Position numbers and translations under genes: made by a program. From contig CAXXLX010000001.1 in NCBI GenBank assembly GCA_963665235.2, forward strand, positions 1,184,001 through 1,248,000: DNA of 64,000 nt, in the 5' to 3' direction. Source of the DNA: Candidatus Poribacteria bacterium (lineage in GTDB: Bacteria > Poribacteria > WGA-4E > WGA-3G). The notes beneath the pieces were generated by a model. It was given only the letters and a program-made list of their open reading frames with translations, was not told the DNA's origin and searched no databases. Within the stretch, counting starts at the first letter, position 1. The number at the start of each line of letters is the position of its first letter. Positions 43,649 to 54,640 of this stretch are shown here, one piece after another.

Positions 43649-44614
43649 TTATTGAGATTCAAAAAGTGCCATCTGTTCCGCAGCAGCCCCGGATGTTTGC
43701 GATTCAAGCGATTCAGGTTGCTTTAGCATAGTGACAACCTTGTCAAGCTCATCGGGTGAAAACGACAACGCGCCGGTTTTAATGAGTTGACGTGAACCCT
43801 CGCCGTATTCGCTGTTCGGTTGCCACTGACATACAAATACCGGTCGCTCTTGCAAGCGGGCATACCGCGCGGTATGCATCGTTCCTCCTGCCTTAGTCGT
43901 TTCAACGACAATCGTCGCCATAGATATCCCGCTGATAATCCGGTTACGCATCACCAAATTCGCGGGCGTTGGCGGTGTCGGAAAGGCATGTTCAGAAAAA
44001 AGACATCCGGTTTCATGGATTTTTACAGCCAGTTCTCTGTTTTCTGGCGGATAAATTGATGAAAAATCCACTGGCAAAACAGCAATTGTCGAGCCCGAGC
44101 CCGCTAATGCCCCGTGATGTGCATTCGTATCTATACCGTAAGCAAGCCCACTCACAATCGTAAATCCGGCTTCAGCTAAGCGAATCGCAAGGCCCAGGGC
44201 AACGTGAATGCCCGCCGCAGTCGGCTGTTTCGTCCCTACAATCGCAACGCACCGCTCGCCAATATCGGATAACTTTCCTATTCTGCATAGCACCGCAGGC
44301 GCGTCCGGCAAGGACTTGAGCAGCACCGGGTAATCAGCATCCTCTGGAAATAGAACGGTTATATCCTGTTTATTTAGGGCATCCAGCTTCGCCTGCAACG
44401 CGGCAAAATTCTGCTTGACCTTGAGTATCCGCGCAGCTAAAATCGGGTTAAAGGACGGTAAACGCGCAATTTCAAAGAGCTCCGCCTCAAATATACGGTC
44501 TATGCTACCGAAACGCGCCAACAAACGCCTAATCCGAACCGAACCGATACCCTCAACCGTCGCAAGCGCAAACCAGTATTCCCGATGTTTTTTCTCGTCC
44601 CCGTGTGATGACAT
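43649..44614 (-). CDS. dprA: DNA-processing protein DprA
   Basis: VAIVGT, IVSGLAYGID, RNRIISG. The start is chosen at ATG 44614 (uncertain). Confidence 0.9.
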   Translation of the reverse strand: MSSHGDEKKHREYWFALATVEGIGSVRIRRLLARFGSIDRIFEAELFEIARLPSFNPILAARILKVKQNFAALQAKLDALNKQDITVLFPEDADYPVLLKSLPDAPAVLCRIGKLSDIGERCVAIVGTKQPTAAGIHVALGLAIRLAEAGFTIVSGLAYGIDTNAHHGALAGSGSTIAVLPVDFSSIYPPENRELAVKIHETGCLFSEHAFPTPPTPANLVMRNRIISGISMATIVVETTKAGGTMHTARYARLQERPVFVCQWQPNSEYGEGSRQLIKTGALSFSPDELDKVVTMLKQPESLESQTSGAAAEQMALFESQ

Positions 44615-44844
44615 ACCTACCGCAAAAAATATTTCAACGCCAAATAACTTAAAAACAAGGTTTACAAAACGGTGTTGAATTAACTCGTAACCCTGCTTTA
44701 TCCTAATATTATCATAATATCCTTTAATTATAACACATTTTGAAAACTTTTGCAACTGAATTTGAAGAGTAAAAAAAACGGTTGACATTTTGTTACTATT
44801 AAAGGTATCCTGTTAAAGAAGCCCATTAAAACAGGAGGCGCGAA

Positions 44845-45621
44845 TTGGAAAAAAAACCTATAAACATCCTTGAAACACAGCAGTTGAGTCGACATTATGG
44901 CGGTGTCATCGCCCTATCAGAAGTTACGATGCGTGTCCACCCCGGCCAAATTTCCAGCTTAATTGGGCCCAACGGTGCTGGCAAAACAACCCTATTTAAC
45001 TGTGTTACCGGATTAGATAAACCCACAACGGGAATAACTAACTTTTTAGGAAAACAGATTACCGGACTACGGCCGGACGAGGTAACAAAGCTCGGTATTG
45101 CAAGAACATTTCAGAACATTCGGCTTTTCACAGAGCTTACAGTGCTCGACAACGTTAAAATCGGGAGACATGCACGCACAACGAGCACCTTCATCGGGGC
45201 AGTCTTTCATACGAAAAGACAGCAGCGCGAAGAGAACGAAATTACGGAATACGCGGAGGAGATGCTCCAATTTGTCGGACTAGCCGATGTTGGCAAGCAG
45301 GCAGCCGGAAATCTATCCTACGGAGACCAACGCCGCGTCGAAATTGCAAGAGCTTTAGCAACGAAACCTTTACTCATTCTCCTTGACGAACCTGCTGCTG
45401 GCATGAACCCACAGGAAACCCAAGAACTTATCTCCCTCATCTACACCATTCGCGAACGCGGAATCTCTGTCCTGCTTATCGAACACGATATGAAGGTCGT
45501 CATGCAAATCTCCGACTGGGTCACCGTGTTGGACCATGGCGAAAAAATCAGCGAAGGAAAACCCGTAGACGTACAAAACGATGAAAACGTCATCGCGGCA
45601 TACTTAGGAAAAACTGAATAA
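44845..45621 (+). CDS. livG: Branched-chain amino acid ABC transporter ATPase
   Basis: GPNGAGKTT, ARTFQNIRLF, LSYGDQRR, DEPAAG, IEHDM. Confidence 0.9.
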   Translation: MEKKPINILETQQLSRHYGGVIALSEVTMRVHPGQISSLIGPNGAGKTTLFNCVTGLDKPTTGITNFLGKQITGLRPDEVTKLGIARTFQNIRLFTELTVLDNVKIGRHARTTSTFIGAVFHTKRQQREENEITEYAEEMLQFVGLADVGKQAAGNLSYGDQRRVEIARALATKPLLILLDEPAAGMNPQETQELISLIYTIRERGISVLLIEHDMKVVMQISDWVTVLDHGEKISEGKPVDVQNDENVIAAYLGKTE

Positions 45622-46325
45622 TGCTTGAACTCAAAAATATTCACACCTACTACGGAAATATCCGAGCAGTCCGTGGAATTTCAATTGGGGTCGACGCGGG
45701 CGAAAAGGTTTGTATGATTGGCGCGAATGGCGCAGGCAAATCTACCACACTCATGACTATCTCCGGCGTTCACGTCCCCGTAGAGGGAACAATACATTTT
45801 GAAGGTGAGGATATTACCGCCACCTCCGCAGAGCAACGTGTAAACCTCGGAATTTCGCAAGTGCCCGAAGGGCGCCTGATTTTTCCCGATATGACCGTCC
45901 TCGAAAACCTTGAACTCGGTGCCTACATAAGAAAGGATACCGCAGGAATAAAAACCGACCTTGACAAAATTTTTGGGTATTTTCCAGTGCTCGCCGAACG
46001 GCGCAAACAGCGTGGCGGGAGCCTTAGCGGGGGAGAGCAGCAGATGTTAGCCATCGGCCGCGCACTGATGTCAAATCCGAGGCTCCTGCTCCTTGACGAA
46101 CCCTCCTTAGGCCTCGCCCCCCTTATTGTCAAACAGATTTTTGAAATCATTCAGCAAATTAACGAAGAGGGCACAACAATCCTATTGGTCGAACAGAACG
46201 CACAGCTCGCGCTAAATCTAACCGACAGAGGATATGTGCTCGAAACAGGTGAAGTCACAATTGAGGGTGCCTCCACTAACCTCTTAGCAGACGAACGGGT
46301 GCGCCAAGCCTATCTCGGAGAGTAA
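45621..46325 (+). CDS. livF: Branched-chain amino acid ABC transporter ATPase
   Basis: GANGAGKST, VPEGR, LSGGEQQM, DEPSLGLAP. Confidence 0.9.
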   Translation: MLELKNIHTYYGNIRAVRGISIGVDAGEKVCMIGANGAGKSTTLMTISGVHVPVEGTIHFEGEDITATSAEQRVNLGISQVPEGRLIFPDMTVLENLELGAYIRKDTAGIKTDLDKIFGYFPVLAERRKQRGGSLSGGEQQMLAIGRALMSNPRLLLLDEPSLGLAPLIVKQIFEIIQQINEEGTTILLVEQNAQLALNLTDRGYVLETGEVTIEGASTNLLADERVRQAYLGE

Positions 46326-46331
46326 TATCTA

Positions 46332-47234
46332 ATGTATCCAACACTGTTCAATTTCGGGGAAATCTTTTCATACCCGGTCGGTATCCATAGTTACGGGTTA
46401 ATGTTAGCCACCGCCTTCATTACGTGTTACACCCTATTGCAACGCGAATTGAACCGGAGAGGTTTTCAGGCAGATGCCGCCGGCTCGATAATCGCTGCTG
46501 CGATAATTGGGGGCGTAATTGGTGCGAAAATTTACTTCATCTTCCTTGATGGTAAAATAGAGATAGGCGAAATTTTCTCACCGGCCGGATTAGTCTGGTA
46601 TGGTGGCTTAATCGGGGGCAGCGCGGCAGTCGCATGGATAATTCACCGCTCACGCAACCCATTTTTATCCACTATTGATATCATCGGTCCCCTATTGTTA
46701 CTCGGATACGGTATCGGCCGCATTGGATGCCTACTCGCCGGAGATGGTGACTACGGCCCACCCTCCGATGTACCGTGGGCGATGGCATTTCCCAACGGAA
46801 CTGTACCCCCCGCCAGTCATCCTGAACTACTACACCTACAAGTTGCCCCGGATGTTAAGGTCCATCCCACACCAATCTATGAAACCCTGATGTCCTGCAC
46901 CTTCTTCGGTATTCTCTGGTCACAACGTCGTAAATTTGCGTCAGCTCCGGGGATGCTGTTTGGTGTGAGTCTTGTCATGATAGGGGTAGAACGATTTATT
47001 GCAGAATTTTGGCGGCTCACACCGCGTGTGTTTGCTGAAACCTCAAGCCTGTCGTGGGTGACCATGCCGCAAGTTGTCAGCCTGCTCCTATTCATTTTCG
47101 GCATGTTTTTTATCGTCCTGATATATAAGAGACCTAGGGCAGAGATAGGCGTTGAACCCTCCCCTGCTGTGCCCACTTCTTCCGAACCCGAGCAGGAGAG
47201 AGCGCGTCCCCGAAAACGGAGGCGACGTAGGTGA
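46332..47234 (+). CDS. lgt: Prolipoprotein diacylglyceryl transferase
   Basis: SYGLM, GLVWYGG, GRIGC, HPTPIYE, RFIAEFWR. Confidence 0.9.
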   Translation: MYPTLFNFGEIFSYPVGIHSYGLMLATAFITCYTLLQRELNRRGFQADAAGSIIAAAIIGGVIGAKIYFIFLDGKIEIGEIFSPAGLVWYGGLIGGSAAVAWIIHRSRNPFLSTIDIIGPLLLLGYGIGRIGCLLAGDGDYGPPSDVPWAMAFPNGTVPPASHPELLHLQVAPDVKVHPTPIYETLMSCTFFGILWSQRRKFASAPGMLFGVSLVMIGVERFIAEFWRLTPRVFAETSSLSWVTMPQVVSLLLFIFGMFFIVLIYKRPRAEIGVEPSPAVPTSSEPEQERARPRKRRRRR

Positions 47235-47256
47235 ACGTATACCGTCGCTCTGATTT

Positions 47257-47661
47257 TTATGGGTGCGGCGGTTTCTCATAATGTGCTCGCACAACCGTCT
47301 TAATACCGCCACGGATGTTAAAATTACCGACCACTTCTGCCGCACGCGGCTTGCACGCCTCCACAAAATCCTCAAGCACCTTATTTACAACGTGTTCATG
47401 AAAAATACCGACATCCCGATAGAAGAGGAAATACTCTTTCAACGACTTCAACTCAACACAGGCAAGGTCCGGAACGTAAGTAATACAGAGTGTTGCAAAG
47501 TCCGGCAGTCCTGTTTTGGGACAAACGCACGTAAACTCCAAATTGGTAATCTCAATTGTATAATCTCGATGGGTGTACTGATTTTCCCACGTCTCAATCG
47601 ACGGTGTATCAAGTTGACGGATATGGGTTTGTAAATCGTCATAACCGTTATGATGGCTCAT
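47257..47661 (-). CDS. queF: 7-cyano-7-deazaguanine (preQ0) reductase, type I
   Basis: EFTCVCPKTGLPDF, VELKSLK, FHE, RGGI. Confidence 0.93.
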   Translation of the reverse strand: MSHHNGYDDLQTHIRQLDTPSIETWENQYTHRDYTIEITNLEFTCVCPKTGLPDFATLCITYVPDLACVELKSLKEYFLFYRDVGIFHEHVVNKVLEDFVEACKPRAAEVVGNFNIRGGIKTVVRAHYEKPPHP

Positions 47662-47884
47662 GTCAAAAATCCTTCAGCGGTATATACAAAAATCGCGAAT
47701 CGTTCGTTCTTTTTTCAACATTATACCTTAAACGCTTTTTAAAACGCAACAATTTGACAAAAACTTCACCCCCCCTCGATAAAATTTGTCTTGATAATTC
47801 CTGCAACATCTGCTAACATGACACAAAAATAGGTGGTACCCCTGGCTACCACAGTGTTTGCCAAATTCAACGGAGGAGTTCACC

Positions 47885-48709
47885 ATGAAACTGACAGCAC
47901 ATCAAGTTAATTTTTTTAATACTTTTGGTTATCTTGCAATACCGGGCATGTTTTCACCGAACGAGATAGCGTGGATTACAGAAGAATTTGAAATTTCAAT
48001 TCAGGAATTCGGCGGTGGCAAAGACCACGATGGCACGAGTCGCACAATGTTCGGCGGGCCCATTGAACACCAACCCCGGCTTTGCACATTGCTTGATGAT
48101 GAACGTGTGAAGGGGCTCATCGGCGGTGTCCTCGGTGCCGATTTCAACTACGCCGGTGGCGATGGAAACTATTACACAGGAGATACAGGCTGGCACCCTG
48201 ATGGAAACTGGGGACGCCTCTTTGCATGTAAAGTTACATTTTATCTCGACCCGCTGACGCGCGAAACCGGGTGTTTGCGGATAATTCCTGGCAGTCAAAA
48301 CCCAGCACACTTCGTACGCGCCGAAAACATTGACCCAAATCAATCGCAAACCCTGTTTGGTATCCCCCCGAAAGATTTTCCAACAAGCATCGCACTGCAA
48401 AATACCCCCGGCGACGTGGTCATTTTCAATCATGATACCTACCACGCCGCGTTCGGTGGCGGAACACGCAGACGGATGTTCACGATGAATTGCACACAAC
48501 ATTGCACAACTGAGGCCGACCTGGAGACACTCTATCAATACCTGAGTGTCCACTCCGCTGGCGGGTATAACATTGAAACTGGCGCGGGGATGTTTTTTCC
48601 CACCATGGTGGATACCGCAGACGACACGCGGCGAATTCACCTCCAGCAATGCAGCGATATCCATGACGAATTATTCCCACAGTATGCAAGACGTTCCTTA
48701 GTCCCCTAG
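47885..48709 (+). CDS. Phytanoyl-CoA dioxygenase (PhyH)-family Fe/2OG oxygenase
   Basis: FFNTFGYL, WHPD, GCLRIIPGS, PGDVVIFN...YH; GGAGG RBS. Confidence 0.88.
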   Translation: MKLTAHQVNFFNTFGYLAIPGMFSPNEIAWITEEFEISIQEFGGGKDHDGTSRTMFGGPIEHQPRLCTLLDDERVKGLIGGVLGADFNYAGGDGNYYTGDTGWHPDGNWGRLFACKVTFYLDPLTRETGCLRIIPGSQNPAHFVRAENIDPNQSQTLFGIPPKDFPTSIALQNTPGDVVIFNHDTYHAAFGGGTRRRMFTMNCTQHCTTEADLETLYQYLSVHSAGGYNIETGAGMFFPTMVDTADDTRRIHLQQCSDIHDELFPQYARRSLVP

Positions 48710-48728
48710 GGACGATATGTTTATAGAA
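48699..48728 (-). repeat. Dispersed copy of REP-like family 1
   Basis: TAGTCCCCTAGGGACGATATGTTTATAGAA overlapping the PhyH stop codon, followed by a degenerate copy. Confidence 0.7.
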
Positions 48729-48782
48729 TCACACAACGCCCGCACACCTTAACCCAGTATAGGCGATATGTTTATGAAGCAG

Positions 48783-48811
48783 TTGACATCCGGTTAAAAA
48801 TGCGTTATACT
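48783..48811 (+). promoter_or_regulatory. Sigma70 promoter of sppA
   Basis: TTGACA-17 nt-TATACT. Confidence 0.65.
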
Positions 48812-48850
48812 TTAAAAATATGCAAATCCGCTCGAAAAAAGGACAACGCG

Positions 48851-51250
48851 TTGGGTATACGGAAACATTTTATTATTCTCTTTTTATGCAGCATGCTGCC
48901 AATTCTATCTACAGCAGCCTCGCCAAAGGTAGGAACCCGCCTCCCTTCAAACTCTGTCGCTATGAGTGACGATGCTTTAGCCACCTTTTTCAATCCGGCA
49001 GGATTGGGTACCAACCGTGCTTTAAACCTGTACTACCTGCGAACATATCGCAGCGACGATTCGGCAGGCGATGATGCGTTCTTTATTTCCGTACCGGGGG
49101 GTGGATTCAGCATGGAATTTGCTAATGCACCCGAAGATATAGACTTCACTCGTTACAGTCTATCCACGGGCCGGCACTTAGGGGGGGCTATGTACTGGGG
49201 CACCAACTACAGTTGGATTAACTCGGACGATGAAGCTTATGACCGATTTGGGTCACTCTCAGTCGGTTTGATGTATCGGCACCGCTATATCTCAATTGGC
49301 GCGATAGGGCGGGACCTCAATCGTCCAAGATTACTTAATCAAAAGGTGGGGCCGAGCTACGATATAGGCATCGCGCTCCGCCCGGGGACGTGGCGTGCAA
49401 CCCTCTCCGTGGATATGCAGAAAACGCGCGGCGTGGAGGACCTAATGCTACGTTACGGCGTTGAGGTCCGCCCAATTCGGGAGCTTATCTTGCGGGGCAC
49501 ATACAACAGCGATAACAGTTTCGACCTCCGATTTGGCATTAATATAGGGAATATGGGAATTGGTACAGCGAATTACTTCGATGAAAACAGAAACGCGGAC
49601 GCTGGAGTCGGTTATTTTCATTTCTCCACTGCGGGTTTAACCAAACCGTTCCCACGCAAAAAACTGTTTCTCGACGTAGGATTGCACCACCTTGATAAAG
49701 TCCTCCGAATTGCAAAATGGGATAAAGATGTCGTTGGGGTCTTAATCCGTATTGATGGCGGGGGATACGGCATGGCACGCCTGCAAGAGATGCGCGACGC
49801 ACTTGTGGAATTCAAGGCAAGCGGTAGAGTCGCTATCTGCTACCTCACCGGCTGCACCACGGGAGATTACATCGTTGCCTCCGTGTGTGATACTATCTTG
49901 ATGCACCCGGGTGCCGAGCTCCGTTTCATCGGATTGCGTTCAGAACGTACCTTTTATAAAGGAGGCTTGGACAAACTCGGTATCCAAGCTCATATAGAAC
50001 ACATAGGGGAATATAAGTCTGCCGCAGAACCGTTGACTCGCAGTGATATGTCTGAACCTAGTAGGGAGGGACTAAACGCACTCCTCGATGACCTATACGC
50101 TCAACTCACGGACCATATTGCAATAGGGCGCGGGTGGACACCACAAACCGTTGCACAGCGAATTGACCAAGGCCCTTTTACTGCTAAAACCGCCTTGAAG
50201 TTCGAGCTCGTCGATGAACTGCTTTATGAAGAAAAACTCAATGACATTGCCACTGAACTCACAGGCAAAAAAGTAGACCTCGTTGACATAAAAACCTACC
50301 TAAACAGTGGGGTTCATCCACAAGATTGGGAGGTACCGAAACCGAAAATTGCTATTATTGAGGCGGAGGGACTAATGGTAACAGGCGAAAGTTTTACCGA
50401 CCCTTTTACGGGTACAACAGTGATGGGGGCGGATACCATTGCCCGCGCAGTCAAGCAGGTGCGAGAGGATGAATCAATTAAGGCGGTTGTCTTACGAATT
50501 GAGAGTGAGGGCGGTTTGGTTATCGCCGCAAATATAATATGGCATGAACTCACGCGGCTTGCGGAAGTGAAACCGCTCATCGCCTCCATGGGGGATATCG
50601 CCGCCTCTGGTGGATATTACATCGCTGCCCCGGCAGATGTTATCGTCGCGGAACCTGGGACGATAACCGGGTCCATCGGTGTTATCGGTGGAAAGTATAG
50701 CCTGAAAGGCCTCTACGAAAAACTGGGTATCAACAAAGAAATTCTCAAGCGTGGGGCACATGCCGATTTTTACAGCGATTACAGCGACTACACACCCGCC
50801 GAACAAAAAATCGTTCAAACCCAAATTGCCGAAATTTATGACGATTTTCTCACGAAGGTCGACCTCGGAAGAACGCAACTTCTTACAAAGGCGGATGTCG
50901 ATAAAGTCGCACGGGGACGGGTTTGGACAGGAAAACAGGCACAGCAGAACGGTTTAGTCGACGAACTCGGCGGACTGAACCTTGCACTTGCAATTGCCCA
51001 GGACCGCGCAGGTTTGAAAAAAAAGACAGTCGAGTTAGTACGGCTTCCCAAACAACGTTGGTTATATCAGCTCTTGGGAGGATTTCGGCTCCTAACCAGC
51101 GGAAAGATAGGCATGTCGGCAAATAATTCCCAAGTGTGGGGACATCAACTCCTTAGGAAAACCGGAAGTTTAAAACTGCTAGACCGGATGAGAAAACACC
51201 GGTACTTTCTGATGATGCCTTATGATATACTAAACTTTGGACAATTTTAG
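48851..51250 (+). CDS. sppA: Signal peptide peptidase SppA (two S49 domains) with an N-terminal beta-barrel-like region
   Basis: GEYKSAAEP, AASGGYY, TITGSIGV, GRVWTG; N-terminus FFNPAGL plus alternating beta-strands. Start TTG 48851 chosen because ATG 48800 lies inside the promoter. Confidence 0.88.
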   Translation: MGIRKHFIILFLCSMLPILSTAASPKVGTRLPSNSVAMSDDALATFFNPAGLGTNRALNLYYLRTYRSDDSAGDDAFFISVPGGGFSMEFANAPEDIDFTRYSLSTGRHLGGAMYWGTNYSWINSDDEAYDRFGSLSVGLMYRHRYISIGAIGRDLNRPRLLNQKVGPSYDIGIALRPGTWRATLSVDMQKTRGVEDLMLRYGVEVRPIRELILRGTYNSDNSFDLRFGINIGNMGIGTANYFDENRNADAGVGYFHFSTAGLTKPFPRKKLFLDVGLHHLDKVLRIAKWDKDVVGVLIRIDGGGYGMARLQEMRDALVEFKASGRVAICYLTGCTTGDYIVASVCDTILMHPGAELRFIGLRSERTFYKGGLDKLGIQAHIEHIGEYKSAAEPLTRSDMSEPSREGLNALLDDLYAQLTDHIAIGRGWTPQTVAQRIDQGPFTAKTALKFELVDELLYEEKLNDIATELTGKKVDLVDIKTYLNSGVHPQDWEVPKPKIAIIEAEGLMVTGESFTDPFTGTTVMGADTIARAVKQVREDESIKAVVLRIESEGGLVIAANIIWHELTRLAEVKPLIASMGDIAASGGYYIAAPADVIVAEPGTITGSIGVIGGKYSLKGLYEKLGINKEILKRGAHADFYSDYSDYTPAEQKIVQTQIAEIYDDFLTKVDLGRTQLLTKADVDKVARGRVWTGKQAQQNGLVDELGGLNLALAIAQDRAGLKKKTVELVRLPKQRWLYQLLGGFRLLTSGKIGMSANNSQVWGHQLLRKTGSLKLLDRMRKHRYFLMMPYDILNFGQF

Positions 51251-51582
51251 GGATGGGTAACGTTCTTGTCAACGGATAGGTGGAAGGCTGGAAGGCTGAA
51301 AGATTAGATTTCGCGTGTGTTGTCTGAATCACGGAGGGCGCGGAAAGAAGAGAGGTTTGGGTAAAATCTCTTTGGCAATTTAGCAATTGGCGATTAGCAA
51401 TTAGCAAGAGAAGGAGGGTTTTGACGCGCGGCACAGATATGCTTAGAATCTGAAACTCTTGCTATAGGTTTCCAACGGTTTCCAATAGCCAACAGCTAAT
51501 ATTCTATAAACATACCGCTTTTAATTTATGAGAGCAGGTTTTCTGATAACCGATACCGCACACAGGTCCGAGGAAATATCTG

Positions 51583-52224
51583 ATGCAATACGCTACTGAA
51601 GACTATGCTATAGCTAGACAGAAAATGGTTCGGGACCAGCTCGAAAATCGGGGCATCCGTGACCGCGATGTCCTAGCTGTCATGCAAAGGATTGAACGGC
51701 ACCGCTTTGTCGGGCCGGAATTTCGCAAGTGTGCCTACCAGGATAGACCGCTTCCGATTGCGGGTGGGCAGACAATTTCACAACCGTATATGGTCGCATT
51801 AATGACAGAATTACTCGAATTAAAATACCGTTCAAAAGTCCTTGAAATCGGCACTGGATGTGGTTATCAAACCGCTGTATTAGCAGAACTTGTTGAAAAT
51901 GTATATTCCGTTGAAATTTTGCCTGAGCTTGCAAAAAATACTAAAGCGCGACTCTCCGCACTCAACTATCGGAATATCTATTTCAAGCAGGGCAATGGCC
52001 ACGATGGCTGGGTTGAACACGCGCCGTACGATGCAGTTCTCGTCACTGCTGCGCCGAAAACAATTCCGCCTCGGCTAACGCAACAGCTTGCCGAAGGGGG
52101 ACGCATGGTTGTTCCCGTCGGCTCACACTTACAAACCCTGTTTTTAATACGGAAAGTTGCTGGTAAAGTTGAGACTGAAGAAATCATAGGTGTCAGCTTT
52201 GTGCCGATGACAGGTAAACCGTAG
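51583..52224 (+). CDS. pcm: Protein-L-isoaspartate O-methyltransferase
   Basis: GQTISQPYMVA, VLEIGTGCGYQTA, APYD. Confidence 0.95.
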   Translation: MQYATEDYAIARQKMVRDQLENRGIRDRDVLAVMQRIERHRFVGPEFRKCAYQDRPLPIAGGQTISQPYMVALMTELLELKYRSKVLEIGTGCGYQTAVLAELVENVYSVEILPELAKNTKARLSALNYRNIYFKQGNGHDGWVEHAPYDAVLVTAAPKTIPPRLTQQLAEGGRMVVPVGSHLQTLFLIRKVAGKVETEEIIGVSFVPMTGKP

Positions 52225-52233
52225 GAGGAATAC

Positions 52234-53190
52234 ATGCCGAAATTCAGAAAGAGATGCTATTGCATACTGTTCATGTCCCTATTTTTGCCCCCTTGCGTTT
52301 TTGCTGCCTTTAATGACATCGGTGTAGGCGCGAGACCGCTCGGGGTCGGTGGCGCGTTCGTAGCCCTAGCTGATGATAGCAACGCTCCGCACTACAACCC
52401 CGCGGGCTTAGGTTATATTGATGAGATACAGGTCGGTGGGACTTATGCCCAACGCTTTAACGGACACGTCACCTATAATATGATTAGCGGTATTATCCCG
52501 CTTGGACGCGCGGGGACTATCGGCGCGGATATCGGCATTTTGACAGAAGTGTCCGAAATTTACCGAGAACAGCTGACGCGCTTCTCCTACGGAAACGCGC
52601 TCTTCGATAAACTTGCAATTGGGATAAATCTGAAACGTTTCGGAACCGCTTTTGATGAAACCAATGAATTTGTTAAGGAGAATGCCTATTTCGCTCGAAC
52701 CGCTGCGTCAGCACTTTCACTAGATATCGGGATACTTGCAAAACCGATGAAGGGATTACACCTCGGATTTTCGGCTGAGAATTTAGTTGATGCAAACCTC
52801 AGCATCTCCGAAGCATACACAGATTCTGTGCCACGGAACATACGCGCTGGGCTTGTATACAGCTTTGAATCTGTTGCTGAAATGAGCGCGCAAGGCGAAG
52901 CGGTCAGCCAACTTCTGAAGGGAAGCTTAGTGACTATTGAGGTGGCATTTCGGAACGATGACATTTATACACACACCGGTATAGAAACCTGGGTGAATAA
53001 AAATATCGCTATCCGCGGCGGTTATAGTATGACAAATAGGGGAAACCCAGCAACAACGCTTAGTTTCGGTGGAAGCCTCAAATTCGCAATTAGCAGTGCC
53101 GCCCTCCAACTTGACTACGGATTTCAACTACTGACTGGAGACCTTGAAGACAATACAACACAACGGTTTTCTGTCAATTTACTCTTTTAA
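52234..53190 (+). CDS. PorV/PorQ-like outer-membrane beta-barrel
   Basis: GVGARPLGVGGAFVALADD...YNPAGL; C-terminal Phe. Confidence 0.75.
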   Translation: MPKFRKRCYCILFMSLFLPPCVFAAFNDIGVGARPLGVGGAFVALADDSNAPHYNPAGLGYIDEIQVGGTYAQRFNGHVTYNMISGIIPLGRAGTIGADIGILTEVSEIYREQLTRFSYGNALFDKLAIGINLKRFGTAFDETNEFVKENAYFARTAASALSLDIGILAKPMKGLHLGFSAENLVDANLSISEAYTDSVPRNIRAGLVYSFESVAEMSAQGEAVSQLLKGSLVTIEVAFRNDDIYTHTGIETWVNKNIAIRGGYSMTNRGNPATTLSFGGSLKFAISSAALQLDYGFQLLTGDLEDNTTQRFSVNLLF

Positions 53191-53215
53191 AGAAAGAGGG
53201 AAGGAGTTATGCTGA

Positions 53216-54640
53216 ATGAAAAATATAGCGATTGCTTTTATATTTATCGGGAGCCTACTCATCGGAAGCATAGGATATGCTGCTGTGACATCTGTCGGAG
53301 AGATTAACGCCGTAGGCGAAACGCGAGGCATTGTCCCTAGCCACGCAACAGTGCCTTTGACTGTCACGCTTATAATCGACCGCTCCTTGGCAGAAATTGG
53401 TGAGGAGATTAAGACGATTGAAATCATAATGCCGCCCGGATTTTCTACCGAACCGTCCCATTTCAAAGGCATCTTTCGGGATGGCACTGCAATTGCTGCG
53501 AAGGCGGTTGTCTCCGGAGAAAGTGTGCTGCGCGTCGAACTGGAAAAAATAATCGACGATTACCGAAATTCTATATACGTAATCAATTTTGACTGTCGAA
53601 CATCAAGCACCGTTGCGGAGGCAGCGTTCAGGGTACGTCTCCGCAATAATGAGGACAATCCAATTGGTGAATTTATCCGTGAAGGCAACGCAGATGGAAA
53701 ACCTAATAACAATGACTTTACTTTGCAAGTGATTCCGAATATCCCGCCTTCGCCGGTTAAAGGATTTAATGTCGCCCCCGACCTAACAGGCGAAAATGAT
53801 GTAATTCTCCGCTGGCAAAAATCGGATGACGCGGATGTCACCGCTTATGCCATTTATCGTAATCAGGATAAATTACCTATCCTTACAGTCGAAAAACACC
53901 TGCTGACCACTGTTCGCGATGTAAACGTCAGCCCTGGCACACACACATATCAGATAACCGCTATCAGACAAACAATTCATCTCCAATCTGAGCGTTCGCC
54001 GATACAGACGGTGATTGTTCCTGAAGACACCGCACCACCGCAGCCGCCAGTGTTATTGGAAATTAATGTTTCCCGCGATGGGGTTGAACTTACATGGCCA
54101 GCTAGCAGCAGCCCGGATGTGACAAAATATCAAATCTCTTTCGCTGCATCAATAGGCACGCTTGAACCGCTGCCGAATGGCGAAATACTCGCGGAACCCC
54201 CGGAGCGTGGGCCCTCTGGCGAAATGCGTGCAGCTGAAAAAGTGTATAAATTTCTTGACCCGCGTCAGCTCGCTATAGGGAATTTTACTTATGCTATCGC
54301 TGCAATTGACGAAGCAGGCAACAGTGCCTCAATAACAGAGCGGCTCCGTATATTTGATAGACCTTATCCGAATCCGTTTACACCGCTCTCACCAAATCCA
54401 GATTTCAACACCGTTATTTTTCCCGCACGGGCAATAGATGATGCCGCCGGTGAATTCAAGGTGCTGCTCTTTAACCTCAAGGGTGCCCTCGTTAAAACCT
54501 TAACCGCACAATTGGGTGAAAACGAACTTAGATGGGACGGTAAAGATGAAAATGGGGAAATCGTTGAAAGTGGTGTTTATCTCTACCAATTGCAGGTTGG
54601 TGACAGTTTTAAGACAGGCACTGTTATCCTTGTCAAATAG
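53216..54640 (+). CDS. Secreted FN3-repeat protein with a C-terminal FlgD-Ig/T9SS-like sorting domain
   Basis: Signal peptide; DTAPPQPP...LTWPAS...AIDEAGN; YPNPFTP...WDGKDENGEIVESGVYLY. Confidence 0.8.
   Translation: MKNIAIAFIFIGSLLIGSIGYAAVTSVGEINAVGETRGIVPSHATVPLTVTLIIDRSLAEIGEEIKTIEIIMPPGFSTEPSHFKGIFRDGTAIAAKAVVSGESVLRVELEKIIDDYRNSIYVINFDCRTSSTVAEAAFRVRLRNNEDNPIGEFIREGNADGKPNNNDFTLQVIPNIPPSPVKGFNVAPDLTGENDVILRWQKSDDADVTAYAIYRNQDKLPILTVEKHLLTTVRDVNVSPGTHTYQITAIRQTIHLQSERSPIQTVIVPEDTAPPQPPVLLEINVSRDGVELTWPASSSPDVTKYQISFAASIGTLEPLPNGEILAEPPERGPSGEMRAAEKVYKFLDPRQLAIGNFTYAIAAIDEAGNSASITERLRIFDRPYPNPFTPLSPNPDFNTVIFPARAIDDAAGEFKVLLFNLKGALVKTLTAQLGENELRWDGKDENGEIVESGVYLYQLQVGDSFKTGTVILVK

Noticed and set aside
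47662-47880. preQ1 riboswitch upstream of queF
   Set aside because: No recognisable preQ1 aptamer consensus by eye.
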